From a bacterium (GTDB taxonomy: Bacteria > Electryoneota > Electryoneia > Electryoneales > Electryoneaceae), in contig OY769902.1 of the NCBI GenBank assembly GCA_963669175.1, forward strand, positions 4,704,001 to 4,768,000: DNA of 64,000 bases, given 5' to 3'. A program made the position numbers and the translations under genes. Below the pieces are notes generated by a model. That model had not been told where the DNA came from and did not search any database. It saw nothing but the letters and a program-made list of their open reading frames with translations. This document shows, piece by piece, positions 18,312-28,093 of the stretch (position 1 is its first letter; the number at the start of each line of letters is the position of its first letter).

Positions 18312-19354
18312 CAATTCTCCTGCACCATCTGCATTGCGGCTCGAGCGACCATCTCCGGTGCAAGCTTTTTCATACAATCATGATGTCCAAGCGGACATTT
18401 CTTTGATCCGTGAATCCGACAGGGACGACAGGATAAATCAAGCCCGATCACTCGATCTTTATCGCCAATGGGCGCGAACCCGAATTCAGGCACTGTCGGT
18501 CCGAAAATGGTTAATACCGGGGTATCAACAGCGACAGCCAGGTGAACCGGAGCCGTATCCCCGCTGACCAACAAGCTGCATCGTTTCAACAATGCCGCTG
18601 AACCAGCTATGCTCAGTTTTCCGGCCGCATTACGACTTGCACCTGTACTGTTCTTCAGGATTCTATCTCCAAGCGCCGCATCTTCCGGACCGCCGACGAT
18701 AATACATGATTTCCCTTGCGCTTCAAGCTGCTTCAGCAGTTCAATCCAGTATTGTTCCGGCCATCGTTTTGTCGGCCAGACGCTGCCCGGTGCAAGTGCA
18801 ATCCACTGTTCTTGATCAGATGCTTCAACCAATCTGGCAGCTTCTTCTACTGCTTTATCGGGCAGGATTAACGAAGGGATTGGGGAAAAATCCTGGGATA
18901 CGATTGGTTGCAACAGATCCAGGTTTCGTGCGCCCTCATATTTATTCCAGTCACGGTCCACCTTCTTCGTATACAACCAAGCGCCGGGTGTTTTCGCATA
19001 TCCTATCAGGACAGGTATTCCGGTCATCCTGGCCAATAGCGCGCTACGAAATGAACGGTGCGGAATCAACGCAAGATCACACTTCAGTTGCCTGATCTTG
19101 CCTGCAAGCCTGAACAAGCCGGGCAATCCACGATTTGCGCCATGCTTTTCAAATACGAATAGCTTGTCCACGTTTGGATGGTTTTCCAAAAGTTGAGCTG
19201 CACCGGGACGCGCAATAACGGCAAGTTTTGCGGATGTGTTGATCTGCTTTACGGCATCGATTAACGGTAAGCTTAAAACCAGGTCACCAAGGAAGGCCGT
19301 CTGGATAATCGCTACCCTGCGAAATGGCACATCATCGCCTGGTGTTTCATTCAC
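18311..19354 (-). CDS. waaF: LPS heptosyltransferase (GT9, WaaF-like)
   Basis: QTAFLGDLVL, APGSVWPTKRWP, GDTAPVHLA, FGPT, CRPC..HG..CPLGHHDCM. Confidence 0.85.
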   Translation of the reverse strand: MNETPGDDVPFRRVAIIQTAFLGDLVLSLPLIDAVKQINTSAKLAVIARPGAAQLLENHPNVDKLFVFEKHGANRGLPGLFRLAGKIRQLKCDLALIPHRSFRSALLARMTGIPVLIGYAKTPGAWLYTKKVDRDWNKYEGARNLDLLQPIVSQDFSPIPSLILPDKAVEEAARLVEASDQEQWIALAPGSVWPTKRWPEQYWIELLKQLEAQGKSCIIVGGPEDAALGDRILKNSTGASRNAAGKLSIAGSAALLKRCSLLVSGDTAPVHLAVAVDTPVLTIFGPTVPEFGFAPIGDKDRVIGLDLSCRPCRIHGSKKCPLGHHDCMKKLAPEMVARAAMQMVQEN

Positions 19355-20447
19355 TCCCCGGGCCTCCGACACGATCCAGTAATGGTGGGGTTATCCGGTC
19401 AATATGTTCCATGATCATTTTGGCTACACGTTCGTAGGCTTCCTTCGACTGACCGTAAGGATCCTCTACCCCCGGGTCTTCCGATGGATCTTCCGGGAAT
19501 CGGGTGAAAAGAAACATTTTCTCCGAGTATTCCGGGAAAGAAGCATGCAAATCGCCAAGGTTGTCCGGACTCATGGCCAGCACAATATCAGCCCATTCCA
19601 GCAGGTTCCGTGAGACTGGACGACTGAAATGGTTGTTCAGGTTAATCCCCTGTTCCCGCATGACATCAACAGCAAAGAGTGAAGCTTTCAAACCACTGTT
19701 GGCGATGGTGCCGGCGCTGCGAACCACGAATTTCTTCGGAGCTTTCTCGTTCAGGATTTCTGTGAGCATGGCTTCTGCCATGGGACTGCGACAGATATTT
19801 CCGCTGCATACAACGAGAATATTCGCATGATCACCAAGTAATGGTTCATCCGTTGTACGCGCGCGCAGAACGACAGGTCCGGACGGTGTCCATTGCTTTA
19901 CTTCACTGGCTTTGCCGGTTAGAGGCTCCAACTCAAATACAGCGCCGTCAACTTCTTCATACAAGTCGACCGGGAAATTGTCACGGCTGGTTGCAGGTGG
20001 CTGACCATGACGATTGGCCGATGTGGATACAATCAGGGAATCCATTGCTGCCGTTACGGCTCGCAATAGCGGATGCTTGGGAACACGTATGCCTAATGTC
20101 CGATCTTCACCGAGCAAATGGTTCGGCACTTCCTTCTTTGCCGGCAGCACCCATGTTACCGGACCGGGCCAGCTATCCAGAACAGTCCTGCGGTCTCGGC
20201 CCTCGGGAATAACAACATGACGCCCGATATCCACCACTGTAGCACACAGCGTAGTCAAAGGCCGGTTAGTATCCAGCCCCTTGATCTCACGAATACGTCG
20301 CACCGCATGCGAGTTACGCGCATCTGCATGAATCCCGTAAATCGTATCTGTCGGAAGAATCAGGATTTCACCCGCTTCAAGGCGACGCACCACTTCCAAC
20401 ACGACATCGGTCGATACCGACCCTCTTGCCAGTTCTGCGATTACCAC
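19347..20447 (-). CDS. Fusion of TsaC/YrdC threonylcarbamoyl-AMP synthase domain and LMW protein-tyrosine phosphatase domain
   Basis: PTDTIYG, WPGPVT, GIRVP, STSAN followed in frame by VCSGNICRSPMAE and DPYG. Confidence 0.9.
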   Translation of the reverse strand: MVIAELARGSVSTDVVLEVVRRLEAGEILILPTDTIYGIHADARNSHAVRRIREIKGLDTNRPLTTLCATVVDIGRHVVIPEGRDRRTVLDSWPGPVTWVLPAKKEVPNHLLGEDRTLGIRVPKHPLLRAVTAAMDSLIVSTSANRHGQPPATSRDNFPVDLYEEVDGAVFELEPLTGKASEVKQWTPSGPVVLRARTTDEPLLGDHANILVVCSGNICRSPMAEAMLTEILNEKAPKKFVVRSAGTIANSGLKASLFAVDVMREQGINLNNHFSRPVSRNLLEWADIVLAMSPDNLGDLHASFPEYSEKMFLFTRFPEDPSEDPGVEDPYGQSKEAYERVAKMIMEHIDRITPPLLDRVGGPGSE

Positions 20448-20971
20448 CCGGACACCGTCTTGTTAAGGATATCTTCCGCCAATTTCCCTACGGCCTCTTC
20501 CAATCCTTCATCACGTTCTGCACTGGCTCCGCTGGAAAAAGGATACATCCCATAATTGGATAATCTCTCTTCCCAAACCACCTTGTCCAGTATCCTGTCA
20601 TAAAACTCGACTGCTACCGTTACAGTGATTTTATACTCGTCAACCACAGCGTCCGAAGAAAACGTAGCCGGTTGATCATCTATGTTGACAATAACACCAC
20701 GGATCACACTATCCGCTTCATCCAGATCACGTATTTTCAACGAGTTGTCATTCCTGAAAGCATCCAACAGTTCATCGGTCAGCATCTCCTCAACGCCGTA
20801 TTCCGCGGTCTGATTCTCAAAGTCAGGAATTGCAACCGACTTCAGGTGACCGGGCACATTGCCGCTGAACGTATAGATTCCACAGCCGTTTCCGGCAATG
20901 AGAGTAGCCAGGAAACAACATAAGAATATGAACTGAGGTTTTCCAACTCTTGTTTTTACAGAATCATGCAT
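20441..20971 (-). CDS. lptE: LptE-like LPS assembly lipoprotein
   Basis: Lipobox-like ..NGCGIYTFSG, SVAIPDFENQT, C-terminal DILNKTVSGW typical of FCB LptE. Confidence 0.75.
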   Translation of the reverse strand: MHDSVKTRVGKPQFIFLCCFLATLIAGNGCGIYTFSGNVPGHLKSVAIPDFENQTAEYGVEEMLTDELLDAFRNDNSLKIRDLDEADSVIRGVIVNIDDQPATFSSDAVVDEYKITVTVAVEFYDRILDKVVWEERLSNYGMYPFSSGASAERDEGLEEAVGKLAEDILNKTVSGW

Positions 20972-20999
20972 CCTATTTCACCTGAAAAATCACCTAAGG

Positions 21000-22151
21000 T
21001 TATAAGTTGTATTCTTTTATCTTCCGATACAAGGTCCGTTCTCCGATTCCAAGCGCTTTTGCTGTCTTTCTCCTGTTGCCACCAAATTCAGATAGCGAAT
21101 TCTTGATCTGCTCTTTCTCCATATCCTGTAAAGTGAGCCGGATTTCGTTATCCATCTCTTCGCGGTACGCCACTTTTTCAGGCAACGCCGCAGGGTAACT
21201 ATGTAATATCAGCGCTCTTGCAACCAGATCTTTCACTTCCTGTATTTCGCGCCGCATATCAATCAATAATTGTAATACCAGTTCAGAATCCAGGTTCTGA
21301 CGACTTTGTACCGGCGCTAAGACAGGAAGGTTCGGACTGCTGCTCCTGGCCCCCGGGAGATGCATCCGAATCGCTGATGCGTCGATAGGGCTTTCGCGTT
21401 CCAATGTGAGCAACGTACCGATAAAATGCTTCAATTCGCGAACATTGCCCCGCCATTCATGATTACGCAGAATTTCCATGGCCTGGGGAAGAATACGCGG
21501 CCGGTCAATATGATTTTCCTTGCAGAACTCATCCGCGAAACGCTCGACCAACGGTTGTACATCTTCAGGACGGTCGCGCAGTGGCGGGAGTTGAATCTCG
21601 ATAGCCCTCAACCGGAAATACAGGTCTTCGCGGAAATTACCACGCTCCACTTCTCTTGCCAAGTCACGGTTGGTAGCAGCGAGGATACGCACATCCGCAG
21701 TGCGAGCACGTGTTCCGCCTACCCGGAAATACTCTCCGCTTTCCAGGGCGCGAAGTACTTTCACCTGCATTTGCAAGGGCATTTCGCCGACTTCATCAAG
21801 CAGGAGTGTACCACCATCAGCCTCTTCGAAATAACCTTTACGCTGACGATCCGCCCCGGTAAAACTGCCCTTTTCATGCCCGAACATCTCGCTTTCGAAC
21901 AATCCTTCCGGAATCGCGCCGCAGTTGACCGGAATGAATGCCTTTTCTCGCCGGGGTGAAAGATCATGGATCAGCCGCGCCACAACATCCTTGCCCGTAC
22001 CGCTTTCACCACTGATCAGTACGGATATTCTTGTTCCGGCAACACGTCTGGCCAGTGTGCGCACTTCACTGATAGCATCACTGTTACCCACCAAACGGTC
22101 AAACACAGCCAGGTTCTGTGTTGATCCGGATATGTTACTGTCATGCGCCAT
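21000..22151 (-). CDS. Sigma54-interacting AAA+ transcriptional regulator with Fis HTH and no N-terminal sensor
   Basis: GESGTGKD, GHEKGSFTGA, LLLDEVGE, WRGNVREL, LGIGERTLYRK. Confidence 0.92.
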   Translation of the reverse strand: MAHDSNISGSTQNLAVFDRLVGNSDAISEVRTLARRVAGTRISVLISGESGTGKDVVARLIHDLSPRREKAFIPVNCGAIPEGLFESEMFGHEKGSFTGADRQRKGYFEEADGGTLLLDEVGEMPLQMQVKVLRALESGEYFRVGGTRARTADVRILAATNRDLAREVERGNFREDLYFRLRAIEIQLPPLRDRPEDVQPLVERFADEFCKENHIDRPRILPQAMEILRNHEWRGNVRELKHFIGTLLTLERESPIDASAIRMHLPGARSSSPNLPVLAPVQSRQNLDSELVLQLLIDMRREIQEVKDLVARALILHSYPAALPEKVAYREEMDNEIRLTLQDMEKEQIKNSLSEFGGNRRKTAKALGIGERTLYRKIKEYNL

Positions 22152-22166
22152 AATTGTATACCGCGT

Positions 22167-22871
22167 TTACCCTTCTACAATCAAATCATCTTCTGCCCAA
22201 ATCGCGCCTTCCACGTTGTCCGGGACTTTCTCCGAAGCGATATGGGTTAATAGAACAGTGGACACTCCTGCGCCCTTTGCCAGTTCTACACCGGTGCAAT
22301 AATCAACATGAGTGGTTTCAAGTATCAACCCATGCAGGCCATGCAGATGCCCCTCAAGCGCTTTCAGGTCTACCAGGTCCGAACTGTACAACCATTTTCG
22401 GTTCTTCCACTCAACGATTAAGCTGAAGCTTCCACCTTCAGCAGCAGGAATGTGCCCGTTTTCCCATATTGTAATCTTATGCCCGGTTGGCAGTTCCAAT
22501 ATCTCCTCGCGTAATGTACGAAAATTTATAGGGAATGGTAACTTTTCAGGGTCAAGTCTACAAACACTCAGCCATTTTGGCAGAGCCTCAGTAAATGGGG
22601 CAGGTGCGAGAATGGTCAGCGGATTGGTGCGTTGTTGAATCTTCCAGCCCTGCAGTAACATGGGCAGGCCGCTGAGATGATCGGCGTGCAGGTGAGTTAT
22701 AACAAGTACGCCGATTTCCTGTTTCCAGACAACCGGCCTTTTCAGAGCGCTTGCTGAACCTTCTCCCACATCTACCAGCAGCGCGGCAGAATCCCCTTCG
22801 AATAGAACGCTGCTGTTATTGCGATCAGGTGAAGGTTCTCCGTCCCCTGTACCTATAAACCGAATCTTCAT
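22167..22871 (-). CDS. Metallo-beta-lactamase-fold hydrolase, RNase Z-like
   Basis: FIGTG, LLVDVGEG, THLHADH, LLTH. Confidence 0.8.
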   Translation of the reverse strand: MKIRFIGTGDGEPSPDRNNSSVLFEGDSAALLVDVGEGSASALKRPVVWKQEIGVLVITHLHADHLSGLPMLLQGWKIQQRTNPLTILAPAPFTEALPKWLSVCRLDPEKLPFPINFRTLREEILELPTGHKITIWENGHIPAAEGGSFSLIVEWKNRKWLYSSDLVDLKALEGHLHGLHGLILETTHVDYCTGVELAKGAGVSTVLLTHIASEKVPDNVEGAIWAEDDLIVEG

Positions 22872-23006
22872 CGCTCCCCCTCTTGTGGATCAATCCATGA
22901 GAATCGGTCCCCTGGAGCAGCAACGGGGCATAAATGCCCCGTTTCCCCTCAAGCTACTGAATCCTGTAATCCTTGCGGACTGCAAGTCAGTATTTGTATG
23001 CGAAAA

Positions 23007-23492
23007 CTATTGTGTAATATTCTTTCCCAGTACTTTCATGGAAACTTCCATCAGGAAAGTATGTTCATTCAATTTGAATGGAATCGCCACAACAGGAATA
23101 TCGAGCTTGTGGCTGATCAGGTGGTCCTTGCCTACAATAACGGACGGGATAGAAATATGGAATGACAAACCATCCTCGGCAAGGGCTGTCTTCGCCCCAC
23201 CTGCAACAATATTGGTCAACTCACCGATAGAATCCTGTACTTCACGGGAGAGCTTGTCTTTGGCGTCTCCTGTCATGAGCTCATAAATCCATAATGCGGC
23301 TTCCCGGGTAAAGCTCAAGGCAACGGAACCGGTGACATTCTTTTCAGCAAAGCCGATGAGACCGGTAATATCACCCTTGGTCAACTTGTCTTTTTTCAGG
23401 TAGGGCGCCTGCCGTTCGGGGTTTATCCCCAACATCATCTCCATCGTATTCATGACCGACGTCATGAAAGGATTGATGTATTTCACTTCCAT
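23007..23492 (-). CDS. cheX: Chemotaxis phosphatase CheX
   Basis: YINPF, DITGLIG, DSIGELTNIVAG (ExxN). Confidence 0.9.
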   Translation of the reverse strand: MEVKYINPFMTSVMNTMEMMLGINPERQAPYLKKDKLTKGDITGLIGFAEKNVTGSVALSFTREAALWIYELMTGDAKDKLSREVQDSIGELTNIVAGGAKTALAEDGLSFHISIPSVIVGKDHLISHKLDIPVVAIPFKLNEHTFLMEVSMKVLGKNITQ

Positions 23493-23523
23493 GCGAATCT
23501 CCTGGTCCGGAATCAAACCTGCA

Positions 23524-23877
23524 TTATGTCAGCGCTTCAACCTTTTCTACTAGAACAGATTTGGTAAACGGCTTCACGATATAATCGTTTACACCCTCTT
23601 TCAATGCTGTAAGCACCTCATCTTTCGCACCTTCAGTGGTGATCATGATGATCGGCACACTTCCGAAAGTCGGATTGGATCGGATCTCTTTAACCAGCGT
23701 GAGCCCGTCCATCACAGGCATATTCCAGTCGGTAAGAACGAGATCAACTCCGTTCATCAGGGATAATGCTTCGACACCGTTTCCGGCCTCAGCAAGATCT
23801 GAATACCCTGAAGCTTTCAAGTTATTGAGAATGATCCTGCGCATGGTGATAGAGTCATCTACTACCAGGATTTTCAT
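23524..23877 (-). CDS. cheY: CheY-like response regulator
   Basis: VVDDS, TDWNMP, ITTE, VKPF. Confidence 0.9.
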   Translation of the reverse strand: MKILVVDDSITMRRIILNNLKASGYSDLAEAGNGVEALSLMNGVDLVLTDWNMPVMDGLTLVKEIRSNPTFGSVPIIMITTEGAKDEVLTALKEGVNDYIVKPFTKSVLVEKVEALT

Positions 23878-23892
23878 GCGCCCCTCCTAAGC

Positions 23893-24375
23893 TTACTTGG
23901 TTTCGTTTACCAAGCTTTTAAACCCTGCGCCAGTAACTGTAACAACCAGTTTATACTCGTCAATCTGGAAAACGCCAGAATAGGCAACATCTCCCTGGGC
24001 CTGAGCATCGCTGCGTCCTGTCTGAGGAAGCCCCAGCTTGAAGCTCACATCATCCGGGACCAGCTCACTCATAAAACGTCCGCCAAGGGTGTTTATCAAT
24101 TCTGCAAAGGTATCAAAAAGTATCTCCGGAGGCAGGCCTTCATCCTCTGGAGGTCCATGCACCAGCTCTACCAGCATATTCGCACCGGTCTTGCATGTAA
24201 TAAATGAAACCCCACCATAATAAGGTTCCAGAATAGGCAAATTTGCCCAATACATCTCTTCTTCACACTCTAAAGGGCCGTCAACAGGAATAGCCTGTTC
24301 AAATGCCATTGTTTCCAACGTGGTGCCAAGCGCTCTTTCTACTGCCTCTGCAATTGTCGCTTTTGTAGCAGACAT
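23893..24375 (-). CDS. Second CheX/CheC-like phosphatase
   Basis: TLETMAF, DTFAELINTLGG (ExxN), LGLP. Confidence 0.7.
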   Translation of the reverse strand: MSATKATIAEAVERALGTTLETMAFEQAIPVDGPLECEEEMYWANLPILEPYYGGVSFITCKTGANMLVELVHGPPEDEGLPPEILFDTFAELINTLGGRFMSELVPDDVSFKLGLPQTGRSDAQAQGDVAYSGVFQIDEYKLVVTVTGAGFKSLVNETK

Positions 24376-24387
24376 ATCGACTCCTGA

Positions 24388-24768
24388 CTATTGCTCCTGC
24401 TCCAGTTCCTTCAGCAGGTCAGCGATACTTGCGGGAGTAACCGGTTTGCTGATTACCCGGAAAGCGCCCACATCTACCAGTTCATCTACCAGCGCTTCGT
24501 TTTGTGAACTGGTGATAATAACCACCGGAACTGCCCTGAGTTCACTATCCGCCTTTAATTCCATAAGCAAGCTGGCCCCATCCATGATCGGCATATTCAG
24601 ATCACTCAGGATGAGCTCCGGCTTATGCTGACGTGCCAGCTCAAGCGCTTCTTTGCCATCACGCCCTTCCAGGAAAGTCGTATCATACAATCCCGCAATC
24701 TCCAGACAGCGTTTGATTACCATCCGCGCCGTCGCAGAATCGTCTACCAGCAAGACTGTATTCAACAT
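24388..24768 (-). CDS. Single-domain response regulator (CheY-like)
   Basis: LVDDS, SDLNMP, ITS, SKP. Confidence 0.88.
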   Translation of the reverse strand: MLNTVLLVDDSATARMVIKRCLEIAGLYDTTFLEGRDGKEALELARQHKPELILSDLNMPIMDGASLLMELKADSELRAVPVVIITSSQNEALVDELVDVGAFRVISKPVTPASIADLLKELEQEQ

Positions 24769-24770
24769 CT

Positions 24771-25637
24771 TCAGTCCTCGTCTTCTGTCAATCCGATGAC
24801 ATCTTTTACCGCATCGAATTCCGTTTGAATATTTAACAAGATGCGGTCCACATCCTTGATGGTCAAGGTAAAATAGTTTATGTAGTTCGGATTTACCCGG
24901 TACGCAAAAGCGTCAATCCCGGTATCCGTACCGCCTATCATGGACAACAAATCACCGAGATGCGTGGTGTATACAAGGGTACGATATTTTTCTTCCGCAT
25001 CGTCCGGCGCGTGATGAAACCGAATGGCCTCACTCAAGCTTTCCGGCAATCCCCAGCGATTGGCCAGCGCAAAACCAACTTCGGGGTGAGTTGTACCCAG
25101 TAACGCTTGTTCGGCACCAAGAAACTCATCTTCGACCTTATTGTCAAGCTTATAGAGGATTTTATCAGTAGAACCCTTCAGAAATTCCGAAATAACGGCT
25201 TTCCCGATATCATGAAGCAAGCCTGCTGTAAAAGCTTCATCCGGAGATATTTTATCCTTTGCAACCGTAGCCATTTCCCTTGCTGCAATTGCAGTGCGGA
25301 TGGAATGCTTCCAGAGCGCCGATTCTGCCGCATAGCCATCAAGCTTCTTTGCATAGACCTCAGAATTGCTGATCCCAAGTACTATGCCCATAACCAACCT
25401 GTCGCCAAGCATGGTTACAGCACGTTGCACAGATGTCACTTCGCCGCCACGGGCAAAATACGCTGAATTGGCCAGCCGTAACAACTTGGAAGTTAAAATT
25501 GCGTCGCTGGAAATCACACGCACCATATCCGCAACATTGTGTTTCTCATCATTGACAATCTGTACCAATCGCATCGCCACAGAAGAAAGTGTGGGGAGCG
25601 AATGGACTTTTTGAGCGATTTCTTCCGGTAAACTCAT
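24771..25637 (-). CDS. HDOD domain protein
   Basis: LPTL, KLLRLANSAYF, LWKHS, AGLLHDIGK, W.LP..L.EAIRFHH. Confidence 0.9.
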   Translation of the reverse strand: MSLPEEIAQKVHSLPTLSSVAMRLVQIVNDEKHNVADMVRVISSDAILTSKLLRLANSAYFARGGEVTSVQRAVTMLGDRLVMGIVLGISNSEVYAKKLDGYAAESALWKHSIRTAIAAREMATVAKDKISPDEAFTAGLLHDIGKAVISEFLKGSTDKILYKLDNKVEDEFLGAEQALLGTTHPEVGFALANRWGLPESLSEAIRFHHAPDDAEEKYRTLVYTTHLGDLLSMIGGTDTGIDAFAYRVNPNYINYFTLTIKDVDRILLNIQTEFDAVKDVIGLTEDED

Positions 25638-26119
25638 AGCTCCCACTCCCCTCTGGCAGGTGAACTCAACAACACTCTGCCCGTATCAACATCAACCGTA
25701 ACAGTACGACTGATATTCCCCCCTACTTCTTCGTTTAGTGCGCCCAGACGGTACTTCCAGAGGATTTTCCTCGCCGCAAGGATATTACGTTTTCCAATGT
25801 TAAAGATATTATTGGAATCCATAATCGCGGCTCCACCTGCCAGCTTTACCGCCAAATCCCTGCTGCTTGTTACGCCGAGTTTCTTCATCTCCTTCAAGAT
25901 AGCAGGAATACCTGTGTCTGCAAAGGTTCCTGGCTTGTCTTGCGCACGTTTCAGGTTAATGGATGAATCCGGGAGAGCAATATGCAGTAATCCCACGGCC
26001 CGTTGTCGTGGCGCAAGGAGAATAACACCTACACACGATCCCAATCCGATAGTACGGATGATATCGCCGGGGTTGTTCGATGCTGCAAAATCGCCAACAC
26101 CTACATAGATCGTGCCCAT
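25634..26119 (-). CDS. cheD: Chemoreceptor glutamine deamidase CheD
   Basis: GLGSCVGV, LLHIALP, FADTG, KLAGGA, IGKRN. Confidence 0.9.
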   Translation of the reverse strand: MGTIYVGVGDFAASNNPGDIIRTIGLGSCVGVILLAPRQRAVGLLHIALPDSSINLKRAQDKPGTFADTGIPAILKEMKKLGVTSSRDLAVKLAGGAAIMDSNNIFNIGKRNILAARKILWKYRLGALNEEVGGNISRTVTVDVDTGRVLLSSPARGEWEL

Positions 26120-26124
26120 GTAAA

Positions 26125-27186
26125 TCAGTTCTCCGTAAACAACTTAATCAAAGACGAGGGTATTGATTCCAATGGCATCTGCTTTTCTACTGCTCCAAGC
26201 TCATACGCTTCTTTGGGCATTCCATATACGACACAACTGGCCTGATCCTGTCCCAGTGTTCTGGCCCCGGCCTTTCGCATTTCAACCATCGCTTCAGCGC
26301 CATCCTTACCCATACCGGTCAGAATCACACCCACTGCATTTGAGCCAACATGCTCAGCAACAGAACGGAACAGCACATCAACTGAAGGCATATGTCCGCA
26401 AACACGTTCTTCCTGCTGGCAATTCACTCTATATTCACCGCCACTGCGCCTGACCCTCATATGGTAATCACCAGGCGCTATCAATACCTGCCCGGGCATC
26501 ACACGATCACCCGTCTGGGCTTCTTTCACGTTCATCTGGCTCTGCTCATCCAGCCTGTCGGCAAACATCTTGGTAAATCCGGCCGGCATGTGCTGTACAA
26601 TCACTACACCTGGCATGGAAGAAGGCAATTGAGTGATTATGTAGCGAATGGCTTCCGTCCCACCCGTTGACGCGCCAATCGCAATAACCTTATCCGTAGA
26701 TTCGGCCAACGCTTTTGATGCCAGGGTGCTCGGACGAGGCGCCGGTTGCTTGCCGTCGCGTTTCCAATGGCTGACGTTTGCCTTGCTTACCGCTTTCACT
26801 TTGGCACGTAATTCCGCCAGCATGGAATTCAGGTTACGACTGACATCAGTCGCGGGTTTCGTCACAAAATCGACTGCGCCTGCTTCAAGCGCCTCCATGG
26901 TAATTCGTTTGCCACGCTGCGTAAGCGCGGAGACCATCAAAACCGGCAAGGGATATTGCGGCATTAAACGTCGAAGAAATTCCACCCCATCCATGCGTGG
27001 CATTTCCACATCAAGTGTCAACACATCCGGGCGAAGCCGAACGATCTTGTCACGAGCGATGTATGGATCAGAAGCTGTTCCGACAACCTCAATCCCTGGG
27101 TCCAGGGCAAGCCCCTGCGCCAGGATCTGACGTACCAGCGCTGAATCATCGACTACCAGTACCTTGACCCTGCTACCGGTCATCAA
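26125..27186 (-). CDS. cheB: Chemotaxis methylesterase CheB (REC + esterase)
   Basis: TLDVEMP, GASTGG, VQHMP, PSVD, LTGMGKDG. Confidence 0.96.
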   Translation of the reverse strand: MMTGSRVKVLVVDDSALVRQILAQGLALDPGIEVVGTASDPYIARDKIVRLRPDVLTLDVEMPRMDGVEFLRRLMPQYPLPVLMVSALTQRGKRITMEALEAGAVDFVTKPATDVSRNLNSMLAELRAKVKAVSKANVSHWKRDGKQPAPRPSTLASKALAESTDKVIAIGASTGGTEAIRYIITQLPSSMPGVVIVQHMPAGFTKMFADRLDEQSQMNVKEAQTGDRVMPGQVLIAPGDYHMRVRRSGGEYRVNCQQEERVCGHMPSVDVLFRSVAEHVGSNAVGVILTGMGKDGAEAMVEMRKAGARTLGQDQASCVVYGMPKEAYELGAVEKQMPLESIPSSLIKLFTEN

Positions 27187-28028
27187 ACATCTCCCTTCCT
27201 GTAAACTGCAGGCATCAGGTAATTAAACGGATGCCCTGTGCGTCCCAATGTTTCGGAATGACCAATAAACAGGTATCCCCGAGGATGCATATAACGGTGA
27301 AAACGTGCTACCAACCCCTGTCGGGTCGGAATATCAAAATAAATCATCACGTTACGACAGAAGATGATGTGGAATTTCCCCTTGAATGGATAGGTCTCCT
27401 GCATGAGATTCAGCCTGCGATAGAGAACCATATCCTTCAATTTCTGATCAATCATCCACATGCCGTCATTCTGTTTCTTGAAATACTTGCTGAGCAGGTT
27501 CTTCGGAAGCTTGGATACATTCTCATCGGTATACAGACCTGTAACAGCTTTTTGCAAGGAAGAAGTAGAAATGTCTGTTGCCAATATGCCAACATCCCAT
27601 GAAGAAATCTGGTTTCCGAAATACTCGCGCAACAACATGGCCAGCATATAAGGCTCTTCGCCAGATGAGCTCCCGGCGACCCAGATCTTTAGCGTCTTGC
27701 CCAAACCACCCAACGGTCGCGCTTCAAGTTCAGGCAAAGTTGTCTTTACAAAATAGTCAAAATGGTCTTTTTCACGGTTAAAAAAGGTATGGTTGGTCGA
27801 TATTTTGTCAATCAATTCTGATATCAATGCGCCGGATGAATCTGACATTACTTTTTCATAATAGTCTTTGAAGCTCTCTATATTCTTGCGCCTGAGAAGA
27901 CTGTTCAGCCGTCCCACGACAAGTGATCGCTTCTGCTCGGTCAAGTTGATCCCGAACCTTGAATAAACCAAGTCTCGAATCAACTGAAACTCTTTGTCGG
28001 ACAGGCTCATCAATCCTTGCATGCTCAT
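27183..28028 (-). CDS. cheR: Chemotaxis methyltransferase CheR
   Basis: STNHTFFNRE, AGSSSGEEPY, ATDIS, IFCRNVMIYF, GHSE. Confidence 0.95.
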   Translation of the reverse strand: MSMQGLMSLSDKEFQLIRDLVYSRFGINLTEQKRSLVVGRLNSLLRRKNIESFKDYYEKVMSDSSGALISELIDKISTNHTFFNREKDHFDYFVKTTLPELEARPLGGLGKTLKIWVAGSSSGEEPYMLAMLLREYFGNQISSWDVGILATDISTSSLQKAVTGLYTDENVSKLPKNLLSKYFKKQNDGMWMIDQKLKDMVLYRRLNLMQETYPFKGKFHIIFCRNVMIYFDIPTRQGLVARFHRYMHPRGYLFIGHSETLGRTGHPFNYLMPAVYRKGDV

Positions 28029-28093
28029 CCTTACGGTTTACCACCCAACTTGTTATCACCGGTATAAAACTCTTGCGCCAAGTTCAAACGAGT

